Part shown: positions 8,592-17,920 of the stretch, one piece after another
Layout of the letters: each line of letters starts with the position of its first letter
Numbering within the stretch: the stretch's first letter is position 1
Assembly (NCBI GenBank): GCA_965369865.1
Contig: CBDURU010000012.1
Span: 1-54,201 of the forward strand
From: an uncultured bacterium
Lineage (GTDB): Bacteria; JAJVIF01; JAPKYR01
Direction: 5' to 3'
DNA: 54,201 nt
Made by a program: the position numbers and the translations under genes
The notes under the pieces: model-generated
Databases searched by the model: none
What the model was told of the DNA's origin: nothing
What the model saw: only the letters and a program-made list of their open reading frames with translations

Positions 8592-10883
8592 TTGGTATTA
8601 TCCTGTAAAATGCGTGATGGAAATTCCGATATTTCAAATCAAATTAATTCCTCCCGGATTCAGCCTGGTTATAAAACCGGTGTTGAAGCCCTGCCACCAA
8701 TCTCCGGCCATCCTCTGGTTATAAGAATCCTTGGCCTGGTTTCACTTCTCACACCATTGTTTCTATATTACCTTACAACTTGCCCGGTTGTATATTTCGG
8801 CGACGCGGGTGAACTTACAGTAGCCGCGTACCGGTGGGGGATCGCGCATCCGCCCGGATATCCAGGATACATCGTCCCGCTGGGAATTTTCCTGAGGCTG
8901 CCCCTGTCTTTCCTCGCTCCGGATGCGGAATTCCTTCAACCGATCGCATGGCAGGCCAACTTTTTCTCGGCAGTCCTCGGGGCTTTAACAATTTGGGTCG
9001 TCTTCCTGATAATTCTCAGGCTGGCACGGTCGCCCTGGATTGCACTTTCCGGCGCGATCCTCGCGATGGTTGGTAAAACATTCTGGTCGCAGACAGGAAT
9101 CGCGGAGGTTTACACCCTCAATGCGTTACTCGCATCGTTAATGGTGCTTATCGCGATAATCCAGGGTGAATCCAAACCCGGATCGAAAGAACGCTTGAGG
9201 TGGCTCCGATGGGGAAGCGTAATATGGGGATTTTCATTGACAAACCATCATGAAATGGCGTTTTTCTTTCCTCTCTGGCTTGTAATGGTTGGATTAGCCA
9301 TGGTTCCCGGACCGGGCGGGAAACGTCCGGAATGTCCCCCGGCTCGATCAATTCTCGAAGGAATTATTTTTGTTGCGATCGGGCTTATCCCATATTTGTA
9401 CCTCCCGATAGCATCATCTTTCAAACCAGAACTAAACTGGGGAGACCCAAGCACATTTACCGGGTTTCTCAAGGTCCTCACCCGTGCGGATTACCGCCAG
9501 GTAAAGGAAGGAATTACGGGGAGCCTTGTAACCCCGATAGATATCCTCACAAAATTCATCTTCTGGTCATTTCTCCAGTACGGACCCATTGTGACATTGT
9601 TCGCCCTGCCCGGATTCAGCATTTTCTTTAAGAGGTCTCCTCACCGACCCGCACTTGTTGCGACACTCCTCGCACTTTTCCTGATGAACACGGTATTCAT
9701 CATCTATTTCGCCGGGATCGACCGGGGGAGTGTATTCTTCCTCGAGGTTTATTTCATCCCCTGGTACATAGCGATCGCGGTGCTTGTCGCGATCGGATTC
9801 TCCAGGGCGCCAATGTGGTTCAAATTCAAATCGCCTCCATCGAATGTCGTTTACACAATAATCGCGGTTGGATTGATCCTCGTTTTCGGGTTCCTGGCGT
9901 TCAGGCAGAACTACAGGATCAGCGACATGAGCGACAATATCGCGGGGTACGTCTATTCCCACGATGTGCTCGCGTCGATGCGTCCGGAGCCTGAGAAAAA
10001 TATCCTCGTGACCGGCGGCGATGAAATATTCCTGTACTGGTACTGGAAATGGGTGGAGGGGATCGACAAAGACGTTGCGGTAATCGGCACCGATGCACTC
10101 GGTGTCAGCAGTAGCTGGTTCTGGGATGATGTCAGTCGCGATCAGCCGTCGATTGAACTTCCGACCGATGACGGTCTCGATCAACGTTATGAGGGTGATG
10201 AGCTACGGGTAAAGATGCTTGAATCGATCATACGTGAAAACCGGCATGTTTACCGGGTATTCATGACCGTCTGGGATCCGATATACGAACCGATTCTTAC
10301 GGATGGACCGTGGCATATGGTTCTCGACGGCCCTGTGCTCGAAATCGAATGGGATACGGAGGTTAATTTTTCAGATCATCCACGGCTGGCGTTCGGTCTT
10401 GAGGAATTCAAATTCCGGGCGTTGCTCGATATCGACAGGGATCACCTTGCACCGTTTGAAAAGGAAGTTTACGATCGATACGCTGCTGCCTGCTACAACC
10501 TTGCTCTTTTCGCGGACCGCCATGACGAGCATGGATTTACTATCGATTTTGCCGGATTATGTCTTGAATTCCAACCTGACTACAATCCAGGAGAAAGTGC
10601 TCTTGCACCAAAGGAACTACTGGCTGTCAGCCTTACAAAAGCCGGGAACCTGGACGATGCTAAGATCGTTTTTCAGGAGTTGATCGATGCCGACCCTCAA
10701 AACAGCCTGTATCATCTTTACATCGCGGAGATTTACTTCGCGGAGGGGAACATTGAAAGGTCTAAACTGGAACTCGAGATCGCGCTGGAAATCGAGCCGG
10801 AAAACGTATTTATCCTGGAGCGTTACAATAATCTCATTGAATTTCTAGAAACCCTTGATCCAAACGATTCCGGCACGGATTAA
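8592..10883 (+). CDS. DUF2723 (TMEM260-like) GT-C glycosyltransferase with C-terminal TPR; start uncertain
   Basis: GDAGEL..GIAHPPGYP, FWSQ..IAEVYTL, YLYLPI..NWGDP motifs; TPR at C-terminus. Confidence 0.85.
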   Translation: MVLSCKMRDGNSDISNQINSSRIQPGYKTGVEALPPISGHPLVIRILGLVSLLTPLFLYYLTTCPVVYFGDAGELTVAAYRWGIAHPPGYPGYIVPLGIFLRLPLSFLAPDAEFLQPIAWQANFFSAVLGALTIWVVFLIILRLARSPWIALSGAILAMVGKTFWSQTGIAEVYTLNALLASLMVLIAIIQGESKPGSKERLRWLRWGSVIWGFSLTNHHEMAFFFPLWLVMVGLAMVPGPGGKRPECPPARSILEGIIFVAIGLIPYLYLPIASSFKPELNWGDPSTFTGFLKVLTRADYRQVKEGITGSLVTPIDILTKFIFWSFLQYGPIVTLFALPGFSIFFKRSPHRPALVATLLALFLMNTVFIIYFAGIDRGSVFFLEVYFIPWYIAIAVLVAIGFSRAPMWFKFKSPPSNVVYTIIAVGLILVFGFLAFRQNYRISDMSDNIAGYVYSHDVLASMRPEPEKNILVTGGDEIFLYWYWKWVEGIDKDVAVIGTDALGVSSSWFWDDVSRDQPSIELPTDDGLDQRYEGDELRVKMLESIIRENRHVYRVFMTVWDPIYEPILTDGPWHMVLDGPVLEIEWDTEVNFSDHPRLAFGLEEFKFRALLDIDRDHLAPFEKEVYDRYAAACYNLALFADRHDEHGFTIDFAGLCLEFQPDYNPGESALAPKELLAVSLTKAGNLDDAKIVFQELIDADPQNSLYHLYIAEIYFAEGNIERSKLELEIALEIEPENVFILERYNNLIEFLETLDPNDSGTD

Positions 10884-10956
10884 CAACCGGTTTAAGGCAA
10901 CTTAATCAATGTTAATCCGTTATCTTTAAATTTTTTAGGTAAATTAAATAACGGTA

Positions 10957-10985
10957 TTGTAGGCTATGAGTCTTCCTGCTATACT
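10957..10985 (+). promoter_or_regulatory. Sigma70-type promoter for kinase gene
   Basis: TTGTAG-17 nt-TATACT with TG extension. Confidence 0.5.
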
Positions 10986-11039
10986 ACTGCGCCGGGGCTG
11001 ACACGGGTGCAACATTAATAAGGAGTTGTTTTTAGCAGT

Positions 11040-11864
11040 ATGCAGCCACAGACGTATCTCAATCAGAAGCTAAACGAGTTTGGTGTTAAGTATCAACTTG
11101 GAAAAGGCGCTTACGCAACGGTATATGCGGCGGAAGATCTTGAGGGGATCGGCGGAAGGGTAAACGGTCTGGTCGCTCTAAAAATCCCAACCGATCAGGA
11201 CAAATCATACAAGAAGCAACTGGCCGAGGCTGAATTCCTGATGGAACTCGACCATCCCAATGTTGTGAAGGTCTATTCCATCGAGTACAGCCGTCTGCAT
11301 AATATCTTTTTCTTCGTCATGCAGATTCTCGAGGGTAAAAACCTCGAGGAAATTATCGACCTGGCCGGATTTACGCCGCTGCCCCCGAAAAATACGGAAC
11401 GCATAATCTCGCAGATTCTCTCAATCATGAAGTATTTCAATGAAAAAAATGTCTGTCACAGGGATATCAAACCGGCCAATTTCATCATTCATAACGGTAC
11501 CGGTCATCTGACGCTAACCGATTTCGGATTCGCCAATTACCAGGATAAACTTGACCAGAAATCCCTTCGTGCCGGAACCCTTTACTACATGCCCCCTGAG
11601 CAACTCGACGGAAATCCTACCCCGAAGGCCGATGTTTGGGGTGCGGGTGTGATTCTCTACAGGATGCTCACCGGACGCCTGCCGTTCAACGCGCCTGTCG
11701 AATCGGAGTTGATCAGGCTGATTCGGGAGGAGAACCCGCAGCCAATCAAGGAATTGAACCCGAACGCGCCTGATCATTTAGTGGAGATCTGCGATTTATG
11801 CCTGAAAAGAGACATGGATGAGAGGTATGAATTTACGTACGATTTCGGGAATAGTGCAAATTAA
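11040..11864 (+). CDS. Hanks-type Ser/Thr protein kinase (stand-alone catalytic domain)
   Basis: GKGAYATV, VALK, HRDIKPAN, DFG, GTLYYMPPE, DVWGAG. Confidence 0.95.
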   Translation: MQPQTYLNQKLNEFGVKYQLGKGAYATVYAAEDLEGIGGRVNGLVALKIPTDQDKSYKKQLAEAEFLMELDHPNVVKVYSIEYSRLHNIFFFVMQILEGKNLEEIIDLAGFTPLPPKNTERIISQILSIMKYFNEKNVCHRDIKPANFIIHNGTGHLTLTDFGFANYQDKLDQKSLRAGTLYYMPPEQLDGNPTPKADVWGAGVILYRMLTGRLPFNAPVESELIRLIREENPQPIKELNPNAPDHLVEICDLCLKRDMDERYEFTYDFGNSAN

Positions 11865-11890
11865 CTAGTTCCAGGTCCGTAAAAACAATT

Positions 11891-11917
11891 ACCCGTCCAT
11901 GGAGATGGGTTTTTTTT
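11891..11917 (+). terminator. Intrinsic terminator after kinase
   Basis: ACCCGTC/GATGGGT stem followed by T-run. Confidence 0.6.
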
Positions 11918-11940
11918 GCTTTTTTTCGGTCAATCCGATT

Positions 11941-12690
11941 TTATTTCAGTACGCCCTTCCTCTGAAGCTCGGCAAATTCAGGGATAATCAACCAAATGAT
12001 GTAAGAAACTAAGCCAAGTAGCATGTTTATTATCAGAAGTATAAACAAATAACTGTCAAGTGAATAAAAACTACGCCCGAAGTATGTCCCAAAACTCCAG
12101 CCCCATGCCTGCTTCACTAACCAGATTGAAATAACCGCCAAGATGCTGTAAATCCCGAACACGATACCGGACCTGTAGACCCAGGCTGGCAGGAAAGCAA
12201 GCAGTATCCCGCATCCTGCAAGAAGCCACCACAAAATAAATACAAGTGACCATGCAAAAGGAATTGAACTGGATGCAGGATCGATATAATGAACCAGCGA
12301 TATACCGGCTACACCAACAATCAGCACGTTCCACCACGACATTGGCTTATAATGAGATAAAAGATCGCGCATTATTTCAAAGGTCGGGATTGTACTGCAA
12401 TACATCAATGATATAATTCCGGATTCCTTATCCTTATGAAAAGTATCAGGGATGTAATACAGGTACTTTGTCATTACCCAGGAAATGATTAGAACAGGGA
12501 TCGCCAACAGCATTGAGAATGTAGCTAAGGACGATATAAGGCAGACCACTGCAACCGTTATAATCAGAAACATCAGCAGTCCAGGAAATTTCCAGATCGT
12601 TACGCTCCTTCGTCCCAGTAGCTGAAGGTATAAACTCTCGATATCAAACTGCTCATATCTGCCGGGTTCCATATTTTGCATGGTATTCAC
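11941..12690 (-). CDS. Integral membrane protein (paralog of 12717-13466)
   Basis: About 6 hydrophobic segments; shares FLPxWVYRSG and PExAExxRxGV with neighbour. Confidence 0.75.
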   Translation of the reverse strand: MNTMQNMEPGRYEQFDIESLYLQLLGRRSVTIWKFPGLLMFLIITVAVVCLISSLATFSMLLAIPVLIISWVMTKYLYYIPDTFHKDKESGIISLMYCSTIPTFEIMRDLLSHYKPMSWWNVLIVGVAGISLVHYIDPASSSIPFAWSLVFILWWLLAGCGILLAFLPAWVYRSGIVFGIYSILAVISIWLVKQAWGWSFGTYFGRSFYSLDSYLFILLIINMLLGLVSYIIWLIIPEFAELQRKGVLK

Positions 12691-12716
12691 TACGATCCTG
12701 GTTTTGCCTATTAGGT

Positions 12717-13466
12717 TTAATCAAACACCCCCCGCCTTCGCATCTCAGCAACTTCCGGGACTATTCTCCAGACAATATACGTGATAATCCCGAGGAAAAT
12801 ATCTCCCAGCAGCAGTGCCATCAGGTATCGATTGGACTCCTCAAATGCACCTCCCCAGAACGGCACCCAGCCTACCCCGGATGAATATAATCCGGCCCAG
12901 AAGGAAAGCAAAATACTCACTGAGATAAATGGGAACATCACACCCGATCTGTATACCCAGTACGGCAGGAAAGCAGCTAAAAGTCCACATAGAATTAACA
13001 GGAACCAAATTATAAAAACCGCAAGACCTGCCAGGAGACCGGCTGTAAACAATGGGAATACAGCAAAAGCCCCAAACAGAACCACTACACCTATGCAAAC
13101 CATATTTAATGTTGACATCGGACCGGCAAACTGAATCAAATCAGCCTGGATCTCGGATGTAGTTACATAGGCACAGTGGACGAGCTGCATAAAACCGGAT
13201 TTAAGGTCCTCGTGGTATACCATTGGCATGTAAAACAGGTAAAGGATGGAGAATCCAAGAAACATGCAAAGTGAACCAATTGCCAGATAGTACACCGGTC
13301 CTGAAACAAACAGTACGAGCAGGCTTAGTAAAGCCAGGTTTAAAGGATTAATATATCGGTCCAGGCGTTTTTTTCTATGCTTTACAAGAAACTGGTAGTA
13401 CTGATTTTTGTAATCGAACTGGTTGTAGGCGTTGATTATTTGTGGATATGCACTTCCCTTATCCAT
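12717..13466 (-). CDS. Integral membrane protein (paralog of 11941-12690)
   Basis: Same length (249 aa) and shared motifs with neighbour. Confidence 0.75.
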   Translation of the reverse strand: MDKGSAYPQIINAYNQFDYKNQYYQFLVKHRKKRLDRYINPLNLALLSLLVLFVSGPVYYLAIGSLCMFLGFSILYLFYMPMVYHEDLKSGFMQLVHCAYVTTSEIQADLIQFAGPMSTLNMVCIGVVVLFGAFAVFPLFTAGLLAGLAVFIIWFLLILCGLLAAFLPYWVYRSGVMFPFISVSILLSFWAGLYSSGVGWVPFWGGAFEESNRYLMALLLGDIFLGIITYIVWRIVPEVAEMRRRGVFD

Positions 13467-13498
13467 ACAGGAGTTATTATAACCCGAATCTTCGTTAT

Positions 13499-13532
13499 AA
13501 AAAATTCACCCCCGGTAATTAAACCGGGGGTG
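13499..13532 (-). terminator. Intrinsic terminator after pilin-like gene
   Basis: CACCCCCGGT/ACCGGGGGTG stem (13507-13532) followed by T-run on minus strand. Confidence 0.75.
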
Positions 13533-13597
13533 ATTAATTACTCGTGCGAAATATCATCAAGCTTCATCAGTACCTGATCCGGACTGCCTGATGACAT

Positions 13598-14734
13598 CTA
13601 TTTCACGTATGCTGTTACCTCCGCTCCGTTGTTCAACACCATGATTACACCATCGGGAATACCGTCCGGCGCGCCATAGATAACGTCACCGCGATAAGTA
13701 TCGCTTTCGTCATACGGCCACCATGGACCGTTCGACGCATCCCCCCCGCCGAAAACCTCGGGAAGCCCGCCCGGATCGTGAAACCCACCGAAATATTCAT
13801 AGCCGACATCGAAAGCGTCGACTTCGTGTGGTGGCGGGCATCGCCAGTGAAGCCTCTCGCCGGTCTGAAGGTCCCACCAGACTGTACGGATAACATCGAT
13901 ACCCGTTGTCATGTGAGACCCGTAACCGCCAAGAATGTAGCGGTTGTAATGGCCCCCGATATTCGTGTTGGGTACGGGGATAGTAAATTTGCTGCGTGAC
14001 ATCACCTGGTCGGTTGTCGCCTTGTAGAAGAAATTTCCCGGCCAGGATGTCGTAATCACCGTCCCGTCATAGTCCGGGTGATCCGGGGGATACATGAAAC
14101 CGCCGAAGATGTAATACATGTTGGTGTTAAACGTATCCGCGCTCTGAAATGCCGGCGGTACGACCATAAATGCGCCGCGATCGAGGGTCCTCCTGGTTTC
14201 GATCTCGCTCCAGAAGAACGAACCAAGCCCTGAGATAGCGCTTGCGAAAAAGTTCCTGTCATCGAGGCCCTGCCCCATGACATTCCCTTTGTACCCGAAC
14301 CGCGGGTCGCCTTTCCCCTGCTCGTCATTGCCTTCCACGCTGGTCTCGCGGATAATGATCTGCCCGTCGCCCACGAATGGGTTCCCGGGAAATGAGACCA
14401 CGTAGTCATATTCCACCAGCGGGTCCTGGACCCTGTCATTGGTGGCAATTCTGTCGCCGGTCATGGAAAGGTTGTTTATACCGTCCCATTGTGTGTGCCA
14501 GTTGAGCCACCCGTCGACATCTCCACCGAGGAGAAAGTGCGGGTACTCGCTGTTGTCCGTCATGTACCTCTCGAGCGCGATTTGAATTGTGTGAAGGTTC
14601 GCCTTCACTTCCGCTTCTTTGGCCTTTTCTCGGGCCCTCATGTAGTTTGGTAGAGCTATGGCGGCGAGGATACCAATAATGGTTATCACCACCAGTAACT
14701 CGATCAGAGTGAAACCTTTGTCTCTGATCTTCAT
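13598..14734 (-). CDS. Large type IV pilin/pseudopilin-like protein, subtype A
   Basis: KG|FTLIELLVVITIIGILAAIALP class III signal; GDPRFG, WPGNFFY, YGAPDGIPDG. Confidence 0.88.
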   Translation of the reverse strand: MKIRDKGFTLIELLVVITIIGILAAIALPNYMRAREKAKEAEVKANLHTIQIALERYMTDNSEYPHFLLGGDVDGWLNWHTQWDGINNLSMTGDRIATNDRVQDPLVEYDYVVSFPGNPFVGDGQIIIRETSVEGNDEQGKGDPRFGYKGNVMGQGLDDRNFFASAISGLGSFFWSEIETRRTLDRGAFMVVPPAFQSADTFNTNMYYIFGGFMYPPDHPDYDGTVITTSWPGNFFYKATTDQVMSRSKFTIPVPNTNIGGHYNRYILGGYGSHMTTGIDVIRTVWWDLQTGERLHWRCPPPHEVDAFDVGYEYFGGFHDPGGLPEVFGGGDASNGPWWPYDESDTYRGDVIYGAPDGIPDGVIMVLNNGAEVTAYVK

Positions 14735-15103
14735 TTGGATGACCTCCTTTTCCCGCGTCCATAGCGGGAAAATATAATAAGATGATAAGATGAAATATTG
14801 ACATGTGAACCACCCGTAATGATTAAAATATCCTGGTGCGCGCCCGGATGGAGACGCGAACGAGGAGGTCAGTCCTGATTTGATTGTGATTGGGAAGTTG
14901 GATTCGGGCGGTTACTGATAATTGGAAGATTCCCGCTTAAATGGTAAGATTAATATGATTGAGAAAAGTTCATGCGATACTCTTAAAACATAATCTTTCA
15001 ATATAAATTGATAAATACTCTTGTCCAATTGGGAAACCTCTGTTAAATTTATATTGTAAGCAAAAGGCGGTCTTGTTGTTATTCCTTAAATTGAGGTAAC
15101 CAT

Positions 15104-16609
15104 ATGAAGAAGCTGCTTTATGGCCTGATGGTGCTGGTTTTGTTATTCGTTTATTCATGCTCCGGCAGTTCCGCGCCATCCACTCCCGATACAACCACGC
15201 CCCCCGAAACTTTCTCCAGAACAATCGATGGTTCCACCGGTGGACTGGTTACCTGGAACGAGTTAAACCTTGAATTCCCTGCAAATCCGGACCTCGGTGA
15301 ATTCAAAGTCAATATCGAATCCGCGACCCAGAACTACCTCGAGGGCATCGTCTCGCTGGCGGGACCATACCAGGTCATGCTGGATGGGATTACAGCCGAT
15401 GAATTGCCCGAAGCGTACCAGTTCGAAGCGTGGTTCGAGCTTGAGGAAATAATCGGGACTGAAATCGCTTCTTACGAATATATCGACATCCAGAAAACCC
15501 TGGGACTCGAACTCACATCCTCCCAGACTCTTTACTCATGGGCGAAGGTTGAGGATGGCAGGTTGTATTGCCCTGTCATGGAAACCAGCGTTGTCCTTGG
15601 GCCTATTGATTACTCGGGAATGCCCAACCTGAACTTCTCTGCCATGCTTACCGATGATGCCGGTCAGGTGGCCGCATTACACAGAAACGCACAGATAACC
15701 TCGTTCGGACCCGCGAACCAGGGTCCTATCAACGGCAGGATTCCTATCATCCTGATCCAGGGACTGAATATCTTCCAACCTGATACGGTGCCGTTTGAAC
15801 TTCAGGACACAAGCGGTAACTGGAATGATTTTATTGCGGTTCTGAACGCATATCCTGCTTATTATCATTACTTCAAATTTTTCTGGTTCACATACCCAAG
15901 TCATAAATTTGTTGCTGGATATGCTAACGGCGGGGTTACCCTTTACAACGAAATCTGGAACTGGGCGAACACCAGAGACCATGCGATAGTCGAGAGACCT
16001 GTCGTGCTTTTCGGCGGTTCCATGGGCGGACTGATGGGTCGTGACTATTACCAGAACTACAATGATCCCGAGGTTTTCAAGCTGGTCACAATCGCGACGC
16101 CTCACTATGGAACCCCGATAGTCAACATCTTAATGGACCGCTGGAACAAGGGTGACCTCCAGGGATTTTTGTTCCTGAATACAAAGGGTATCCGCGGCAT
16201 GAGATGCAGGCAGGCGATCAAATACCAGTGGGGTATTAACACCCCGACAACGAGGGCTTACAACTGGTGCCCGATCGCGTTACTCAATAATTCCCTTACG
16301 TTCGAGAAGAAGAAAAATATAATAATGCTTGGTGGTTCCTACAACGTTCCTCCACCTGTTGAGGACGAGATCCTTTTCGGATGCAACTTACTGCTTCAAT
16401 GTGTCATTGAGCCGTTATGGTTAAGGGAATACAGGTATGGCTATCATTCAGACGGGATCGTGCCCTGGTCCAGCCAACTGATGCGGAAACTTGGTCCCCC
16501 ACCGGAAGGTACCCTTTATCCTGACCTGCACTCGGTCCTGCTTGAGAATCCACAATTACTGGCAAAATTATGGTGGATATTCCTTGATATCTATGAAACC
16601 TATCCCTGA
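15104..16609 (+). CDS. Lipoprotein with alpha/beta-hydrolase (lipase/esterase, PGAP1-like) domain
   Basis: Signal peptide with lipobox-like VYSC; GGSMGG nucleophile elbow, TIATPHYG, SDGIVP, C-terminal His. Confidence 0.8.
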   Translation: MKKLLYGLMVLVLLFVYSCSGSSAPSTPDTTTPPETFSRTIDGSTGGLVTWNELNLEFPANPDLGEFKVNIESATQNYLEGIVSLAGPYQVMLDGITADELPEAYQFEAWFELEEIIGTEIASYEYIDIQKTLGLELTSSQTLYSWAKVEDGRLYCPVMETSVVLGPIDYSGMPNLNFSAMLTDDAGQVAALHRNAQITSFGPANQGPINGRIPIILIQGLNIFQPDTVPFELQDTSGNWNDFIAVLNAYPAYYHYFKFFWFTYPSHKFVAGYANGGVTLYNEIWNWANTRDHAIVERPVVLFGGSMGGLMGRDYYQNYNDPEVFKLVTIATPHYGTPIVNILMDRWNKGDLQGFLFLNTKGIRGMRCRQAIKYQWGINTPTTRAYNWCPIALLNNSLTFEKKKNIIMLGGSYNVPPPVEDEILFGCNLLLQCVIEPLWLREYRYGYHSDGIVPWSSQLMRKLGPPPEGTLYPDLHSVLLENPQLLAKLWWIFLDIYETYP

Positions 16610-16758
16610 CGAACCTGGGATAATATAAAACCTGGCCAATCTGGAGACACCGGTCCTGCAACGGCAAAATCTGTTCAGATCGGTGTCTTTTTTATTATAT
16701 GAACGACTCGTACAGTCACCCAATCCGACTAGAAATTCAGGCTTCAATTATCAATACG

Positions 16759-17919
16759 TTATTCAGGCAATTCTGTGGGTTCTATTACACCGATGTCAAC
16801 TGTTACCAACGGGAATTCACCGGTTAACACCAGGATTATCCCATCCGGGTATCCGTCGGACGCTCCGTATATCCACTTGTATGTGAATGATTCATAGTAC
16901 GGAAACTGCGGCATAACACCGAATTTCCCGCCACCGAATACTTCAGGATTGGAGTACTGTACGCGTGCCTGGAAATCCGGATGACTGTATTTGCGGTTCA
17001 GGTTGGAATGATCCTGATAATATTCATTATAGATTATTCCCTGAATCGCACCTCCGGCAGTTGAAGCAGCGAGTCCGGCCTTCGTAGTCAGACGAATGAC
17101 ATCCATGCCGTCGGTCCGAAGCGATCCATAAGCTCCAAGCATGTACTTATCAATTTTTTTATAAACCCAGCCGAAAATGTCCTCGTAACTATCACCGCCC
17201 CAATCTGCTCTTATATCGACAAGGAAATCACCGCCGGAACGATAGAAAAATTCTCCCGGCCAGTAATATTTTATCCATCCAGCTTCAGGATCACTTGCAC
17301 CAAGGCTTTCTCTCGACCATTCCGGCAGCCCGCCCATGCAATAGAATGTATTAGGGCTGCGACTGTTAACAATCCCAAGATACGAACTATCTATTGTCAG
17401 CATAGTGTTACTTAGAGGCCCGCGACCATATCCCCCACCATCAAACAGACACTTTGGGTCATCGAGGCAGTTCCCCATCCTCTCCCCGGAATAACCGAAA
17501 CGAACATCCCCATCTCCGGGATCGCTGCTGGCCCCGGTCATTGGGATTATGGTGTAAATCCCATCCCCATCATTTAGAAACGGGTTACGTGGGTAATCCG
17601 AGAGGTAATCACCATCAAGTAATTCATCCATGGGCACTTCATACATAGTTATATTTGACCAGGTTACCGCGCGACATTTATCCCAGCCCTCCCTGTCCCC
17701 ACCCAGGATGTAGGCGGGATATTCGTCATTATCGATCCCGAATCTTTCGACCGCGCTCTGAATTATATGCAGGTTCGATTTTGTTTCGGATTCTTTCGCA
17801 GCATCCCTTGCCAGGATATGTGCCGGTAATACAACAGCCAGGAGAATTCCAAGCATTGCCGTGAAAGAAGAAAATTCCACGAGCGTGAATCCACCGGTAT
17901 TCGATAAAATTTTTCTCAT
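16759..17919 (-). CDS. Large pilin-like protein, subtype B, divergent N-terminal helix
   Basis: GG|FTLVEF.., GDVRFG, NTFYCMGGLP, WPGEFFYR, YGASDGYPDG. Confidence 0.8.
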   Translation of the reverse strand: MRKILSNTGGFTLVEFSSFTAMLGILLAVVLPAHILARDAAKESETKSNLHIIQSAVERFGIDNDEYPAYILGGDREGWDKCRAVTWSNITMYEVPMDELLDGDYLSDYPRNPFLNDGDGIYTIIPMTGASSDPGDGDVRFGYSGERMGNCLDDPKCLFDGGGYGRGPLSNTMLTIDSSYLGIVNSRSPNTFYCMGGLPEWSRESLGASDPEAGWIKYYWPGEFFYRSGGDFLVDIRADWGGDSYEDIFGWVYKKIDKYMLGAYGSLRTDGMDVIRLTTKAGLAASTAGGAIQGIIYNEYYQDHSNLNRKYSHPDFQARVQYSNPEVFGGGKFGVMPQFPYYESFTYKWIYGASDGYPDGIILVLTGEFPLVTVDIGVIEPTELPE

Positions 17920-17920
17920 C

